Assembly: GCA_000004985.1 (NCBI GenBank)
Contig: GG738845.1
Reading direction: 5' to 3' (one strand)
DNA length: 64,000 nucleotides
DNA from: Naegleria gruberi
Taxonomy: Eukaryota
Below the pieces are notes generated by a model. It ran no database searches and was not told the DNA's origin. It saw nothing but the letters and a program-made list of their open reading frames with translations. The position numbers were made by a program, and so were the translations under genes. Below, piece after piece: positions 12,469 to 22,281 of this stretch (the stretch's first letter is position 1; every line of letters starts with the position of its first letter).

Positions 12469-13106
12469 TGTACTGTATGTTCGTTCATGTTGTTGTTATT
12501 GTTGTACATTTGATGAGGAATTGTTGTTATTATATTTGATGATGAGTTAAAGTTTGATAATGATTTGATGAAAATAGAATTAGGGTTGAAGATGAGAGAA
12601 AACACAAACCTCTGAGCTAAACATTGTTGAACTTTTCTCTTTACGTGGAATGTATAGACATTCTCTTGTTCATTACAATCAAGTTCTGCATTCTCCGTAA
12701 CAATTTCAAATCTACATTCATCAACAAAAGTTATAATTGTATATTCTTCTTCTAATAATAATAATAATACATACTTGTTCAGTTTATCATTATAACTCAT
12801 GATAGAAGTGATTGGATCGTAGGTAGCAAACCAATCGGATTGATCTCTTGATATTGATCCCATTAAATCGTGTCCATAAACTTTAGTCATATTTTCAGCA
12901 TCCTCTTTTGATGGTGCTTTGAATGCCTTTCCTGTTTGAGCGGATTCATTTTCCAATCTTCTTCTTAAAATATGAAATGCTGGCCTTGGAATAATCTTGG
13001 CATATTTATCAGTATCTTCAAAGTATTTAACTACAATCATTTTCATTGGTTTTCTCTTCGGAATTTTACTTCCTTGAGCAGATGATGATGTCACTTCTTC
13101 TGTCAT
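12465..13106 (-). CDS. Conserved-looking ORF of unknown function; probably the 5' exon of the downstream TBC/TLDc gene rather than a separate gene
   Basis: 213-aa ORF. The N-terminal 150 aa look like coding sequence (MIVVKYFEDTDKYAKIIPRPAFHILRRRL ... NVYTFHVKRK). Its stop (12465-12467) overlaps the ATG of the next ORF (12468). A GTTTGT donor at 12609 and a CAG acceptor at 12473 would splice it in frame to that ATG. Confidence 0.45.
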   Translation of the reverse strand: MTEEVTSSSAQGSKIPKRKPMKMIVVKYFEDTDKYAKIIPRPAFHILRRRLENESAQTGKAFKAPSKEDAENMTKVYGHDLMGSISRDQSDWFATYDPITSIMSYNDKLNKYVLLLLLEEEYTIITFVDECRFEIVTENAELDCNEQENVYTFHVKRKVQQCLAQRFVFSLIFNPNSIFIKSLSNFNSSSNIITTIPHQMYNNNNNMNEHTVQ

Positions 13107-13673
13107 TCTTTTTGGTTATTAATAACAATACTCTTGGCAGCGATTATGCAGACAACGAAATACAAGAGAAGTGTTGTGATCAGAGAGATATTTTTTTTCG
13201 CTTTTGTTTATAGTCAGGTCTATTTTTGTGTTTGGTTTTAGATTTGATAATTATCGCACAGGTGCAATGAGACAGTTTATTTAATCTTCGGGCAAGTCTC
13301 TTTACACGATGTTGTTCTAATGTGCTCACTGTGTCATTGAGGTGTTAAGCTTCTAAAATCAATATCAATCAGATCAGGGATGTTCAGCGTGCTAAATGTC
13401 AAGCAGAACAGGACCAAATATTTCAATCCTTCAATCGAATGTGTAAGGATACATCCTCCTTCAACCATTTCTTATTTCAAATCAATATTGATTATTTCTA
13501 TTTATACAGTATTTGATTCTTTACGTACACTATGTTGAACATAGTGCAACAATAGCACTGGATTTTGACTGAACCAATTGACTTGTTTTTGAGAATCCTA
13601 ATTTCGCTCTACATTGGAGAAAATAATTCAAAATCTTGCAATACAGCTTCAAAACTTTTAAAAACGCAAAAAA

Positions 13674-15158
13674 ATGACGACAAATAATTCATGGAATCCA
13701 TTTCAATCCTCGGTGACCTTTTCCTCTATGGCACCTTCCATGATGAATACCATCTGTAATAATATTAATAATAATAATAATAATAGGAGAGAGATGGATG
13801 ACAATGGATCGAATCAATCATCTTCGTGTTATTATCAAGGAGAAAATTCGACGACAATTTTGGGAATGAATAACAAGACACATACTAAAATGTTTCTTCG
13901 GAATATTGGTGGAGGAGCCTTGCTCAGTAATAATGATAATAATAATACTTGTTCATCTGATATTCAGCATCGACATGATGAGGGAGTGCTAGTTTGTTCT
14001 CCTCTTCCTCCAAAGAATATTCAACAACCACAAATTAATTCTACTAATAATATTGAAAATTCTAATATTTCGGAGAGTCAACAACAAGCAATTTTACAAT
14101 CTGATCCACAATCAGATAAACCAACGAGTTCTCAACTTCTCTACATGAAACTTTCAAAGAATTTACTTGCTGGAGGCTTGGCAAGATGTGGTGCAGCTAT
14201 GATTATGTTTCCTATTGATGTTGTGAAAACAAGGTTACAATTTCAAAGAGAAGATGCCTTCATGCAAGGAAAATTACGTCATCACTACAAGCACGGAATT
14301 GATGCCTTTACTACAATTTTAAAAGAAGAAGGTTTCAGAGGTCTGTACAAGGGTCTTTCAGTTCGTCTTATTTACATTACACCAGCCGCAGCTGTTAGTT
14401 TCACAGTATATGAACAATTTATGCAATCTATCCAAGGCAGACTCTCCACTATTTCATCAAAAGATAATTCCTCCGAGGAAAAGTCAAGCCAATTTTCATG
14501 GACTACTCCTCTTTTAACACTCTCTGCTGGTCTTTTGGCCAGAATTTTTGGTACTGCCTGCAGAACACCTTTCGATATTGTGAAACAACAATTACAAGTT
14601 GAGGGACAATTGAAATTGAATAAGACTGAAAGAAATTTAAGAAATGGAATTATTGGAACAGCAAAGAATATTGTAAAACAAGATGGTTTTTCTGGATTCT
14701 TCTCTGGATATTATGTAACTTTATTGAGAGATGCTCCGTTTGCCGCCATCTATTTTACATCTTATGAAACTATTAAGAGAATGCTTAGTATTAAGCAACA
14801 AAAGCATGAAATTTCAACAGATGAATTGGCCAAGAAGAGACCAGGAAAATCCATTCATCACTTGTTTGCTGGAGCATTGGCAGGAGCTATTGGCACAACA
14901 TGTACAATTCCAGTTGATGTTGTCAAGACCAGATTACAAACTCAAAGCAAGACTGGCCTTAGGGAATATGATGGAGTAGTTGACGCATTCCGAAAGATTT
15001 ACAAACAAGAGGGTCTGAAGGCATTTTCTAAAGGTTTGGGTCCAAGATTAATCTACATTATGCCTGCATCTGCTCTCACTTTCACACTCTACGAAAAATT
15101 GAAAGTATTTTTCAAAATTGAAAACAGCAACTCAACTGAATCCACTAACAGTGCTTAA
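13674..15158 (+). CDS. Mitochondrial carrier family (SLC25) protein with Asn-rich N-terminal extension
   Basis: 494-aa ORF. Repeated carrier signature P-x-D-x-x-K-x-R: FPIDVVKTRLQ, PFDIVKQQLQ and PVDVVKTRLQ. It has three tandem ~100-aa modules with paired TM helices. Confidence 0.8.
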   Translation: MTTNNSWNPFQSSVTFSSMAPSMMNTICNNINNNNNNRREMDDNGSNQSSSCYYQGENSTTILGMNNKTHTKMFLRNIGGGALLSNNDNNNTCSSDIQHRHDEGVLVCSPLPPKNIQQPQINSTNNIENSNISESQQQAILQSDPQSDKPTSSQLLYMKLSKNLLAGGLARCGAAMIMFPIDVVKTRLQFQREDAFMQGKLRHHYKHGIDAFTTILKEEGFRGLYKGLSVRLIYITPAAAVSFTVYEQFMQSIQGRLSTISSKDNSSEEKSSQFSWTTPLLTLSAGLLARIFGTACRTPFDIVKQQLQVEGQLKLNKTERNLRNGIIGTAKNIVKQDGFSGFFSGYYVTLLRDAPFAAIYFTSYETIKRMLSIKQQKHEISTDELAKKRPGKSIHHLFAGALAGAIGTTCTIPVDVVKTRLQTQSKTGLREYDGVVDAFRKIYKQEGLKAFSKGLGPRLIYIMPASALTFTLYEKLKVFFKIENSNSTESTNSA

Positions 15159-15250
15159 TGTAACTTGAAAATAATGTTGACGAGGGCTATTTTGTCAAAC
15201 CTTAATTTCATTAAAGTTGAAAGTTTTGGAAAAGTGGAACATGGTATTTA

Positions 15251-15733
15251 TTAAAAACTACCAAAAAATGTCATGTAAATAGGTTCAATTATTTCAAATC
15301 CTCGACCATCCATCTTTTTAATATAACTCAGGGCATCCTTACTTAATTTATCATCACCATAATGTTGTCTAATAAGATTTACCAACTTTTTAACATACTT
15401 CAAATGAAGTCTCTGATCATGCATCCTGCACACCAGATCCAAATCATCAACAGGTACTCCATTAAATTTCCAAGTAAAAGGACCACCATATTTTCCATAC
15501 CAAAAGGCAACTTTGGTGTTTGATTTTGGGCAGGTTCCGAGAATTGCCAAACATTCCTTCTCACTCTCCAAAAGAGCTGGAGAGCCCTGCTTTATAATTG
15601 AAATGAATTGTTCCTTGTATGTTTGCTCATCTTCCAAAAGGTGTGATATTGAGGAATGATGGATTGAGGGTTGTGGGCTTGCAGATGATGGTTGTTGTTT
15701 TGCAAGCACAATATTTGAATCAGATGATGACAT
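15251..15733 (-). CDS. Hypothetical protein
   Basis: 160-aa ORF with a Met start and non-repetitive, coding-like composition. No family recognised by eye. Confidence 0.4.
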   Translation of the reverse strand: MSSSDSNIVLAKQQPSSASPQPSIHHSSISHLLEDEQTYKEQFISIIKQGSPALLESEKECLAILGTCPKSNTKVAFWYGKYGGPFTWKFNGVPVDDLDLVCRMHDQRLHLKYVKKLVNLIRQHYGDDKLSKDALSYIKKMDGRGFEIIEPIYMTFFGSF

Positions 15734-16515
15734 TATATAGTAGTGATTATGTTCCGACTGGGGCTGATGAATGTGATGATATTGTTTTCAGTGCAATTTT
15801 TACCGAAGGTGGTAAGGGTTTAAATATATTGACTATATTAATAATAACAATGTTTGGCAAATTACGTACCGAACAATTTTCATTTATTAAGCAAAGAAAC
15901 GCTTTTACGCATAATCAGCGAGGGCATTCCATCGAGAATTTATGAGGATTGGGATCTTCAAAAATTAGAGAAATATATTCTGAAATTGTTTCCAAATGAT
16001 GATTCAGTTCATGGAGAATTTCAAGTCGATCAACATGGCCATAAATATAAATATGCCTTCTTGTCCTCTCTTTAGCAGAAATACGTCTCAATATATTTGA
16101 TTTGGATATGGACTGGATTCAAAGAAACACTGAGAAAAAACCTTATTAAATTCTTGGATATTGAAACTGGTAAATAAACAATTTGTTGTGATCATAAATT
16201 GTTCAAGTTTTTCACTCAACTACACTTGAATTACGAGCGCATTACAGTTCAGAGCTAGTGATCATGTGCTTAATTTAATTTCGTTTGTGCTTTGCATTTT
16301 TCAAACCTAATTTCACTCTTGCCAACTTTTATTTAACGGGTGGCACCAATTGCTTGGAACTTCAGATTATGGTGCTATTGTACACTATTGGGAATTAGTT
16401 GCTTATGGGTTTTGTTGTTTTCCAAGAATTGCTTATTTGCCCAACTTTTACTAAACTTCATATTTATTTTCAATCAACCAATAAATCACAAGAAAAGAAC
16501 ACAGCTGATGTTTTC

Positions 16516-17316
16516 TTAAGGTCTTGCTGAAGTACCTGTACGATTTGGAGTGTCAGATGTCCATTCATTAACCTTTTCCACAACCTTATCTTTCATTTCT
16601 TTTGCTTTTTGTCCAGCAATACTTGCAGCTTCCTTAACTGTCTCTGTAACAGCCTCACCCATAGTTGTTGCCTTCTCTTTGCCTCTTTCCATGGCATCTG
16701 ACATGGTATCTTTTACATCTTCCATCTTGTCTTTGGCTTCTTCCTTATATTGAATAGTCTTGTCTCTGACTTTAGTGGTCATATCTTGTGTCTTGTCCAT
16801 TGCCTCATCTTTCATTTCCTTGGCCTTATTCATGGTTTGTTTGACATTCTTATTCATGTCAGATGCCTTTTCTTTAACATTTTCCTTGATATTCTCCTTG
16901 ACATTTCTACCCGTCTTTTTCAAATCAGCAACTCCTTCTTGTGCCTTTCTCATTGCATCACCAGTTTCTTGAGAGGCATTGAACATGTTGGCTCCTGGAC
17001 TTCTAGGAGTAACATTTTCCGACTTGTCCTTTAAAATCCCACCTGCATCATAAATTCCAGGGTTTGCAGATCCAACTTTTTCACTAGTGTTCAAGCCAGA
17101 GTTTGGTTTGTTAAAATAGGATTCTCTGGACATTTCCTCTTCATCGATGGAAACTGGCTTGATAGTTACCTGAGGTTTCTTGGAGGTATTCAATTTAGAT
17201 TCATTCTTCTCCAATGTTGAATCAATGTTGGTGTTCTTATTGATGAGACATGTGGAAAAGGAGCATCTATTGTAACGAGCCAAATACTTGGTGTTTTGTA
17301 AAACTATTCTTTTCAT
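16516..17316 (-). CDS. LEA-like (late-embryogenesis-abundant group 3-type) repeat protein, possible mitochondrial presequence
   Basis: 266-aa ORF. The C-terminal half is built of charged 11-mer-like repeats (KEKASDMNKNVKQTMNKAKEMKDEAMDKTQDMTTKVRDKTIQYKEEAKDKMEDVKD). The N-terminus is basic. Confidence 0.55.
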   Translation of the reverse strand: MKRIVLQNTKYLARYNRCSFSTCLINKNTNIDSTLEKNESKLNTSKKPQVTIKPVSIDEEEMSRESYFNKPNSGLNTSEKVGSANPGIYDAGGILKDKSENVTPRSPGANMFNASQETGDAMRKAQEGVADLKKTGRNVKENIKENVKEKASDMNKNVKQTMNKAKEMKDEAMDKTQDMTTKVRDKTIQYKEEAKDKMEDVKDTMSDAMERGKEKATTMGEAVTETVKEAASIAGQKAKEMKDKVVEKVNEWTSDTPNRTGTSARP

Positions 17317-17502
17317 TTTCTTTCTGACTGTATAATAAATATATTCAAATCATGATTATCTTTTTAAATCTAATTTGGTTTCTTTCTATTAATCACTTAT
17401 CCTTTTTAGTTTAGCTTGAAACCAATAGAATCTACTTCTGTACAGTTAACAAATTTATCAATACTAATTTGTTAATTTGACAAATATGGCCGAGTTTCCC
17501 AA

Positions 17503-18357
17503 TTAAATATCAGCATTGAGTCCTCCAAACATTTTCTCTTCCATCTTTTTCAACTTTTTCAATTCCTTTCTTTCCTTCTTTTCTTCCTTCTTTCTTTTCT
17601 TTTCCTCTTTTGAAAGTTTCTTCTTTGGTTCTTCATTTTCCTTCTTTTCAAGTTGAGTTGGTGATTTCACAACAGCTGAGCCTTCATCCTCTCCATCCTC
17701 TTCTTCATCACTAGAATCGTGTCTTCCATTTGATGGTGATCCCTCAAACATGGTCATCATTAGATACTTGTGAAGCCAATTAGGATCTCTCTTTTTCATG
17801 GCATCATGATACAAAGTCCACTCAAAATCATCATTAGCCTTCTTTACTTTCTTATAAATCATTCCATCCTTTTCCATAGTTTCATATTTCGGAACATTTT
17901 CCTTCTTATCTTGTTGATATCTGTTATTGAACCGACCAGTAGTAGATGATGAATTTCTTCCTCCATTCCTGCCAGAATTTTGTTGTTCTTCCGGATCTTC
18001 GACAATCTTCTTATAATAATTAGGAGCATGATCGACACATATTATTCTTCCACCCAATTCAATGCCATTCAAATTATCAATGGCCAATATTGTCGAGCGA
18101 ACATCTTCATAGGCAATAAAACAAAATCCCTTACTGGTCAATTCCTGTTCCTCACGAACCAAATCAATATCAACAATTTCTCCATATTGAGAGAAAACTG
18201 AGAGTAAATCACCTTCCGTCAATCGGAAATCCAAGCCTCCAATGTAGATGTAGGCTGTTCGATTTTTTTCCTGATGATGCCATGAAGATGGAGTGTTTGT
18301 ATAGCCCAGAGAAAGTTCCTTCTGATTCAACTCGTTGATTTGTTTTGCTCTTTTCAT
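17503..18357 (-). CDS. RRM-containing splicing factor, RBMX2/Snu17(Ist3)-like
   Basis: 284-aa ORF. It has one RRM whose RNP2 is IYIGGL and whose RNP1 is KGFCFIAYE, followed by a Lys/Glu-rich tail. This architecture matches RBMX2. Confidence 0.75.
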   Translation of the reverse strand: MKRAKQINELNQKELSLGYTNTPSSWHHQEKNRTAYIYIGGLDFRLTEGDLLSVFSQYGEIVDIDLVREEQELTSKGFCFIAYEDVRSTILAIDNLNGIELGGRIICVDHAPNYYKKIVEDPEEQQNSGRNGGRNSSSTTGRFNNRYQQDKKENVPKYETMEKDGMIYKKVKKANDDFEWTLYHDAMKKRDPNWLHKYLMMTMFEGSPSNGRHDSSDEEEDGEDEGSAVVKSPTQLEKKENEEPKKKLSKEEKKRKKEEKKERKELKKLKKMEEKMFGGLNADI

Positions 18358-18645
18358 TTTTTTTCTAAAGAATAAAAGAATATAATTCTTGTTGAATATG
18401 ACATGAAAACCTCTATTTACTCTGACTTGTAAATATGATGTTTCAAAAGTTATTACAAGGCATCGACACTACAATTCAACAAGTATATTCCTGATACTAA
18501 TTTTGACATCTTCTACTAGTCCTCTCAATTCAGAAAATTTAGTATTAATCTTAAAATCATTAAAGTTCTCTGACTTAGTATAGAGTTTATATATTATACA
18601 AAGGTTGATTAATGATATCCTCAATCATTATTTATTATTATTATT

Positions 18646-20279
18646 CTTGCTAATTAATCTACGCATGTAGTAGAATAAACTCAGTATTTCAGAAACGACA
18701 ATTTATGTCGTTGTCAAAACGCATCCGGGCTCCCTTTAAACAATCCTAATACCAATCAATTAACACCTGAGAATGATAAACCTACTTGGGAGGAAGATTT
18801 TAATAATCATTTCGAACCATGGTCACCTACTAGATTCGAAGGTGGTGAAATTCAATTCCAATTTAAAGGAACAGAGTCTGCACTTTATTCTAGAATTAGT
18901 AATGATGAGACAAATCTCTATCAATTAAATGATCTTCCAAAGTTCGAACAATTTTGCAAACGAACATACTCTAGAATCAGAACACAACTCATGTCCAATT
19001 GTCAGGCCCATATTTCCATCACAGGCATGGTAAGAAGTGGAAAAACCACAATAGCCAGAGAAATATTTCCTTTTTTCTACACTAGAGAAACTAAATATAC
19101 CTCCTATAAAATATATATAAATTAACGATAATTAATTGGATTTACAATGGTAATACTAAGCCAATAGTTGAATTTTTAAACAAAAACCCTTCAACCATGC
19201 ACTACATTATATTTAACGAAATACAGCTATGTGATACAGATGTTTTATCAATCCTTAAAAAGATTTTCAAAATACCTCAATTGATAGGGAGAAACTTATT
19301 AAGTATTTGGATAGGAAATACACAAGCAGTGTTATTGAAAAGTTGAAAATGATTCCTTCGAATGCCTATTCTTTTAATGATAACTGTTTTACTATAACAT
19401 ATTATAGGATGGAAGTTTAAAAATTTAAAAGAATTAAAAGTATATTGCAACTACAGAGAAAAAAAGATTATAAATATAGTGAAGATTTTTGATAGAGATT
19501 TTGCTAAAACTAGATCTCAGTAGATTAATTAAAGAACCAACTTAAAACCAAGTTTTATCAATACCTTAGTCGATAATGAAATTAATTGAAAATTAAGAAG
19601 CTAAATAAATTTTCAAAAGGTTATATATTTGAAATTTAGAAAAGCTTAACAAAGTAATATAAAATACAAAGACCATTAATTTTTAAAAATCTTCTTAAGT
19701 TGGTTTATCATTTTTAAGAATCTAAAGAAAATGAATTTAAAGAAAGAACAAACTTTGTAAAAATATAACAAAAACATTGTTATTGGGTCATACTATTCCA
19801 CCATTCTTTTTTAATATCAATTAGGTCTACCTTAGAGATTCATAATTCATATCGAGATTGATATGAAATATTCATTTTTTGTAAATGGAAAGTGAATCCC
19901 TTATAATATTATTATATACACCAAGCTATTTTGGGAGACTTTTGAAACCTTTTTTGTTGAAGTTTGTTGTATTGGGAAAAACAAACTCACCAAATTGTTA
20001 AAAAAAGTCAAACAGAACACAAAAAAACATTAATTACAATATTCATAATTTTATTAGCAAAAAAAGGAAATTTATTGTATCCTACAGGACTTTCATTTTA
20101 GGTTTTTGTTTGGATTATTGGTACATAATTTGAACACTTGATGTATTTTGGAGTTTATAATATCTCCTTGATATTGAATGTAATGTCATTATGATCAATT
20201 AAAAATCAATATTCTTCCAAAAAAATTCTGAAATACTAAGTTTATTCTACTATACGCGTGTACATTAATTGCTATTAGC
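18646..20279. mobile_element. 1.63-kb segment bounded by ~50-bp imperfect terminal inverted repeats (L 18646-18694, R 20226-20279); putative non-autonomous TIR element or local inverted duplication
   Basis: The reverse complement of CTTGCTAATTAATCTACGCATGTAGTAGAATAAACTCAGTATTTCAGAA (left) matches TTCTGAAATACTAAGTTTATTCTACTATACGCGTGTACATTAATTGCTATTAGC (right) at about 45 of 52 positions. The interior has no long ORF but holds coding-like fragments. Confidence 0.35.
18672..19127 (+). pseudogene. Decayed P-loop NTPase reading frame (Walker A GMVRSGKTT; NB-ARC/STAND-like or nucleotide-kinase-like) inside the TIR-bounded segment
   Basis: A stop-free frame of ~150 codons translates ...FEPWSPTRFEGGEIQFQFKGTESALYSRISNDETNLYQLNDLPKFEQFCKRTYSRIRTQLMSNCQAHISITGMVRSGKTTIAREIF, then stops. 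It has no start codon, and no GT donor lies between the P-loop and the stop. A second coding-like segment follows in another frame at ~19148-19340 (GNTKPIVEFLNKNPSTMHYIIFNEIQLCDTDVLSILKKIF). Confidence 0.35.
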
Positions 20280-21179
20280 TTAAAAAACCATCTGATCAAT
20301 TCAATAAACCATAAAACCAAATCTGAAATATCTATTCTAACAATTTATTATATGATTTGTGTGTTTAGTTAATTTTTAAATTTAATGCAGAGAATAAATT
20401 ATAGAGTTTTCGTCTTGTTCTTGATATCCACCACCCAACAATTTCTTTAGATAATTGGATATCCAAATAAAAATAACATTTTACTAGATCTGAAATTTCT
20501 ATAGAAGTCTTGTTTTGTATTGTTATTTTGTGTTAAGGTGATAAGTAAATTTTTCAATAATGACAGACCTAATAAACACCTTCAAATTTTACATTATTTT
20601 TCATCAAGAAAACATCTTGAAAAAATGATTTAAGAAAGAAAAATCCAATCCATCATTAATGGTTGGAATATTCAAAACAATCTGATAAGTTGTAGCTATC
20701 ATTGAAACATCTTAATGGTATAAATGGTCCGCATTGAATTTAATAAAGTGCTTTTTATTAAGGTTTGAAAGTTACTAAGATCAAATAAATTATCTGGCAC
20801 CATAAAGTAAAAAAAATGAAACTACCCTCACAACCACACAAAATATTCAATAGGATTTATAATAATAATGAAAGAAATAATTTAATAGATGGCACAGAAA
20901 TACAAGTCCATTATTTTACTAAATTATTTTATAACAATACAAATATTAATTTACCACTAAACAAAACAACATTATTAGGAAAAAAAGGAAATATAGTTAA
21001 CTCCTTTGTTAAATTAATTCATCAATACTTTATTCGGAACCTAATTGAAGATTCTAAGTTGTATTGTTTTCTAGTAATTGTTATATATTGTACTTTGAAT
21101 ATCGTTGTTCAATTCATCGATAATCAATTTCAATTCATTTCTACAAACAACAACTTCTGATGAATTGACAGATAATCCA

Positions 21180-21740
21180 TCATAACCATGAATGCATTTG
21201 CCCTTGTAAACTTCATTCAATTCTAACGTCTTGTTTAGCATTACAAATTTCTTATTTTTGTAATCTAAAATCTTATCCTTGTAAAAAAGTCATGAAATGT
21301 TTTGGACTTCTTCTTCCAAAATTCAAATAACAAAGATTAGAATATTTCTGCATTCCTATACAAGTTATGTTTTCCCAAATAAATAGGTGTGTTCTCTAGA
21401 TAACGAAAATTCATTCCAATTTCCAACTCTCAATGCATAATAATAACCTCTAAGGGCTGGTAAAATTGTCTCAAACTTCTGTTGAATTGATATATAATTC
21501 ATCATAGCCGTGAATGTATTTTCCTTTGTATACTTCATTCAACTCTAATGTTTTGTTTAACATAATAAACTTCTTATTTTTGTAATCAATTAATCTTTTG
21601 TGTTTTTTAGAATTCTCCAAATACAATTTCTCCAATTTCTTCGAAGAACATTATAAAATTTTCTGTAAAAACATCATGAAATGTTTTAGACTTTTTCTTC
21701 CAAAAATTCAAATAATAAAGATTAACGATCACAGAAACCC
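21180..21740. repeat. Two tandem ~300-bp diverged repeat copies (21180-21300 region and 21480-21740 region) carrying minus-strand ORF fragments
   Basis: The copies share TGAATTGA(C/T)A...CATCATA(A/G)CC(A/G)TGAATG(C/T)ATTT(G/T)CC(C/T)TTGTA(A/T)ACTTCATTCAA(T/C)TCTAA(C/T)GT(C/T)TTGTTTA(G/A)CAT(T/A)A(C/T)AAA(T/C)TTCTTATTTTTGTAATC ... GTCATGAAATGTTTT(G/A)GACTT(C/T)TTCTTCCAAAATTC. On the minus strand they translate to DYKNKKF(I/V)MLNKTLELNEVYKGK(Y/C)IHGYD... and NFWKKKSKTFHD(V/F)F... Confidence 0.5.
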
Positions 21741-21934
21741 AAAAAAATCAACCAGTATTTTATAAATCAAAACACACTAACAAGAACCACTGATCCAACC
21801 ATAACAACACATTTAATGAAACCGAAGTACTTTAATACAATATTATACTAAGAAAACTCCAACACACCACTCTCAAAATTAAAAACTCAATCTTCCTTAT
21901 TGCAGCCATATGATTTGAAACCACGAATAAAATT

Positions 21935-22025
21935 TGATGAGTGTGGGATTTGAACCCACGCCCTTGCGGAACACGGTATTAATCATACCTTAACGTGTCG
22001 TCTTAGACCACTCGACCAACTCACC
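21935..22025 (-). tRNA. tRNA-Leu (anticodon AAG) with an 11-nt intron 3' of position 37
   Basis: Sense strand: GGTGAGTTGGTCGAGTGGTCTAAGACGACACGTTAAGG[TATGATTAATA]CCGTGTTCCGCAAGGGCGTGGGTTCAAATCCCACACTCATCA. The acceptor stem is GGTGAGT/ACTCATC with discriminator A73. The D-arm (GTC/GAC, loop GAGTGGTCTAA) is type II. The anticodon stem ACACG/CGTGT carries loop TTAAGG..C. It has a long variable arm and a GTGGG-TTCAAAT-CCCAC T-arm. Four T's follow immediately, a Pol III terminator. Confidence 0.8.
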
Positions 22026-22281
22026 ATCTCTTAAATTTTTTAATATTACTATTATGTTGATTTTTGAGGAAATACTTCCAAATTATTTAATCCCTTGTGT
22101 CATGACGTTTTTGATTAACATTTAATCCATTCCATTGCTATCAGAAATACCTTTAAAATATCTGTCGTATTTAAACGTGTTGAAGCTCTTCTAGTTTAAA
22201 GCCAAACATACTTGAAACAGACCACACTCATTTTAATTATTCGTGCTTCGCACTTTCGAATTCATTTTTAAAAAAATAACC

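Noticed and set aside
12745-12775. GTATGTATTATTATTATTATTAG within the 12465-13106 ORF, considered as an intron.
   Set aside because: It is only 23 nt, shorter than any credible intron here. It reads through as LLLLLEEE.
16550-17034. Three + strand ORFs inside the LEA-like gene.
   Set aside because: They are antisense to a highly repetitive charged-repeat coding region. They are hydrophobic low-complexity translations typical of antisense K/E-rich DNA.
19029-19034. GTAAGA immediately after ...ISITGM in the NTPase frame, considered as an intron donor.
   Set aside because: Reading through it gives a perfect Walker A motif (GMVRSGKTT), so the GTAAGA is coding (Val-Arg). There is also no GT anywhere between the P-loop and the next stop.
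20816-21160. 114-aa + strand ORF in the tRNA-adjacent repeat region.
   Set aside because: It is extremely Asn/Ile-rich with no recognisable motif. It overlaps minus-strand coding-like fragments and is most likely an AT-richness artefact.
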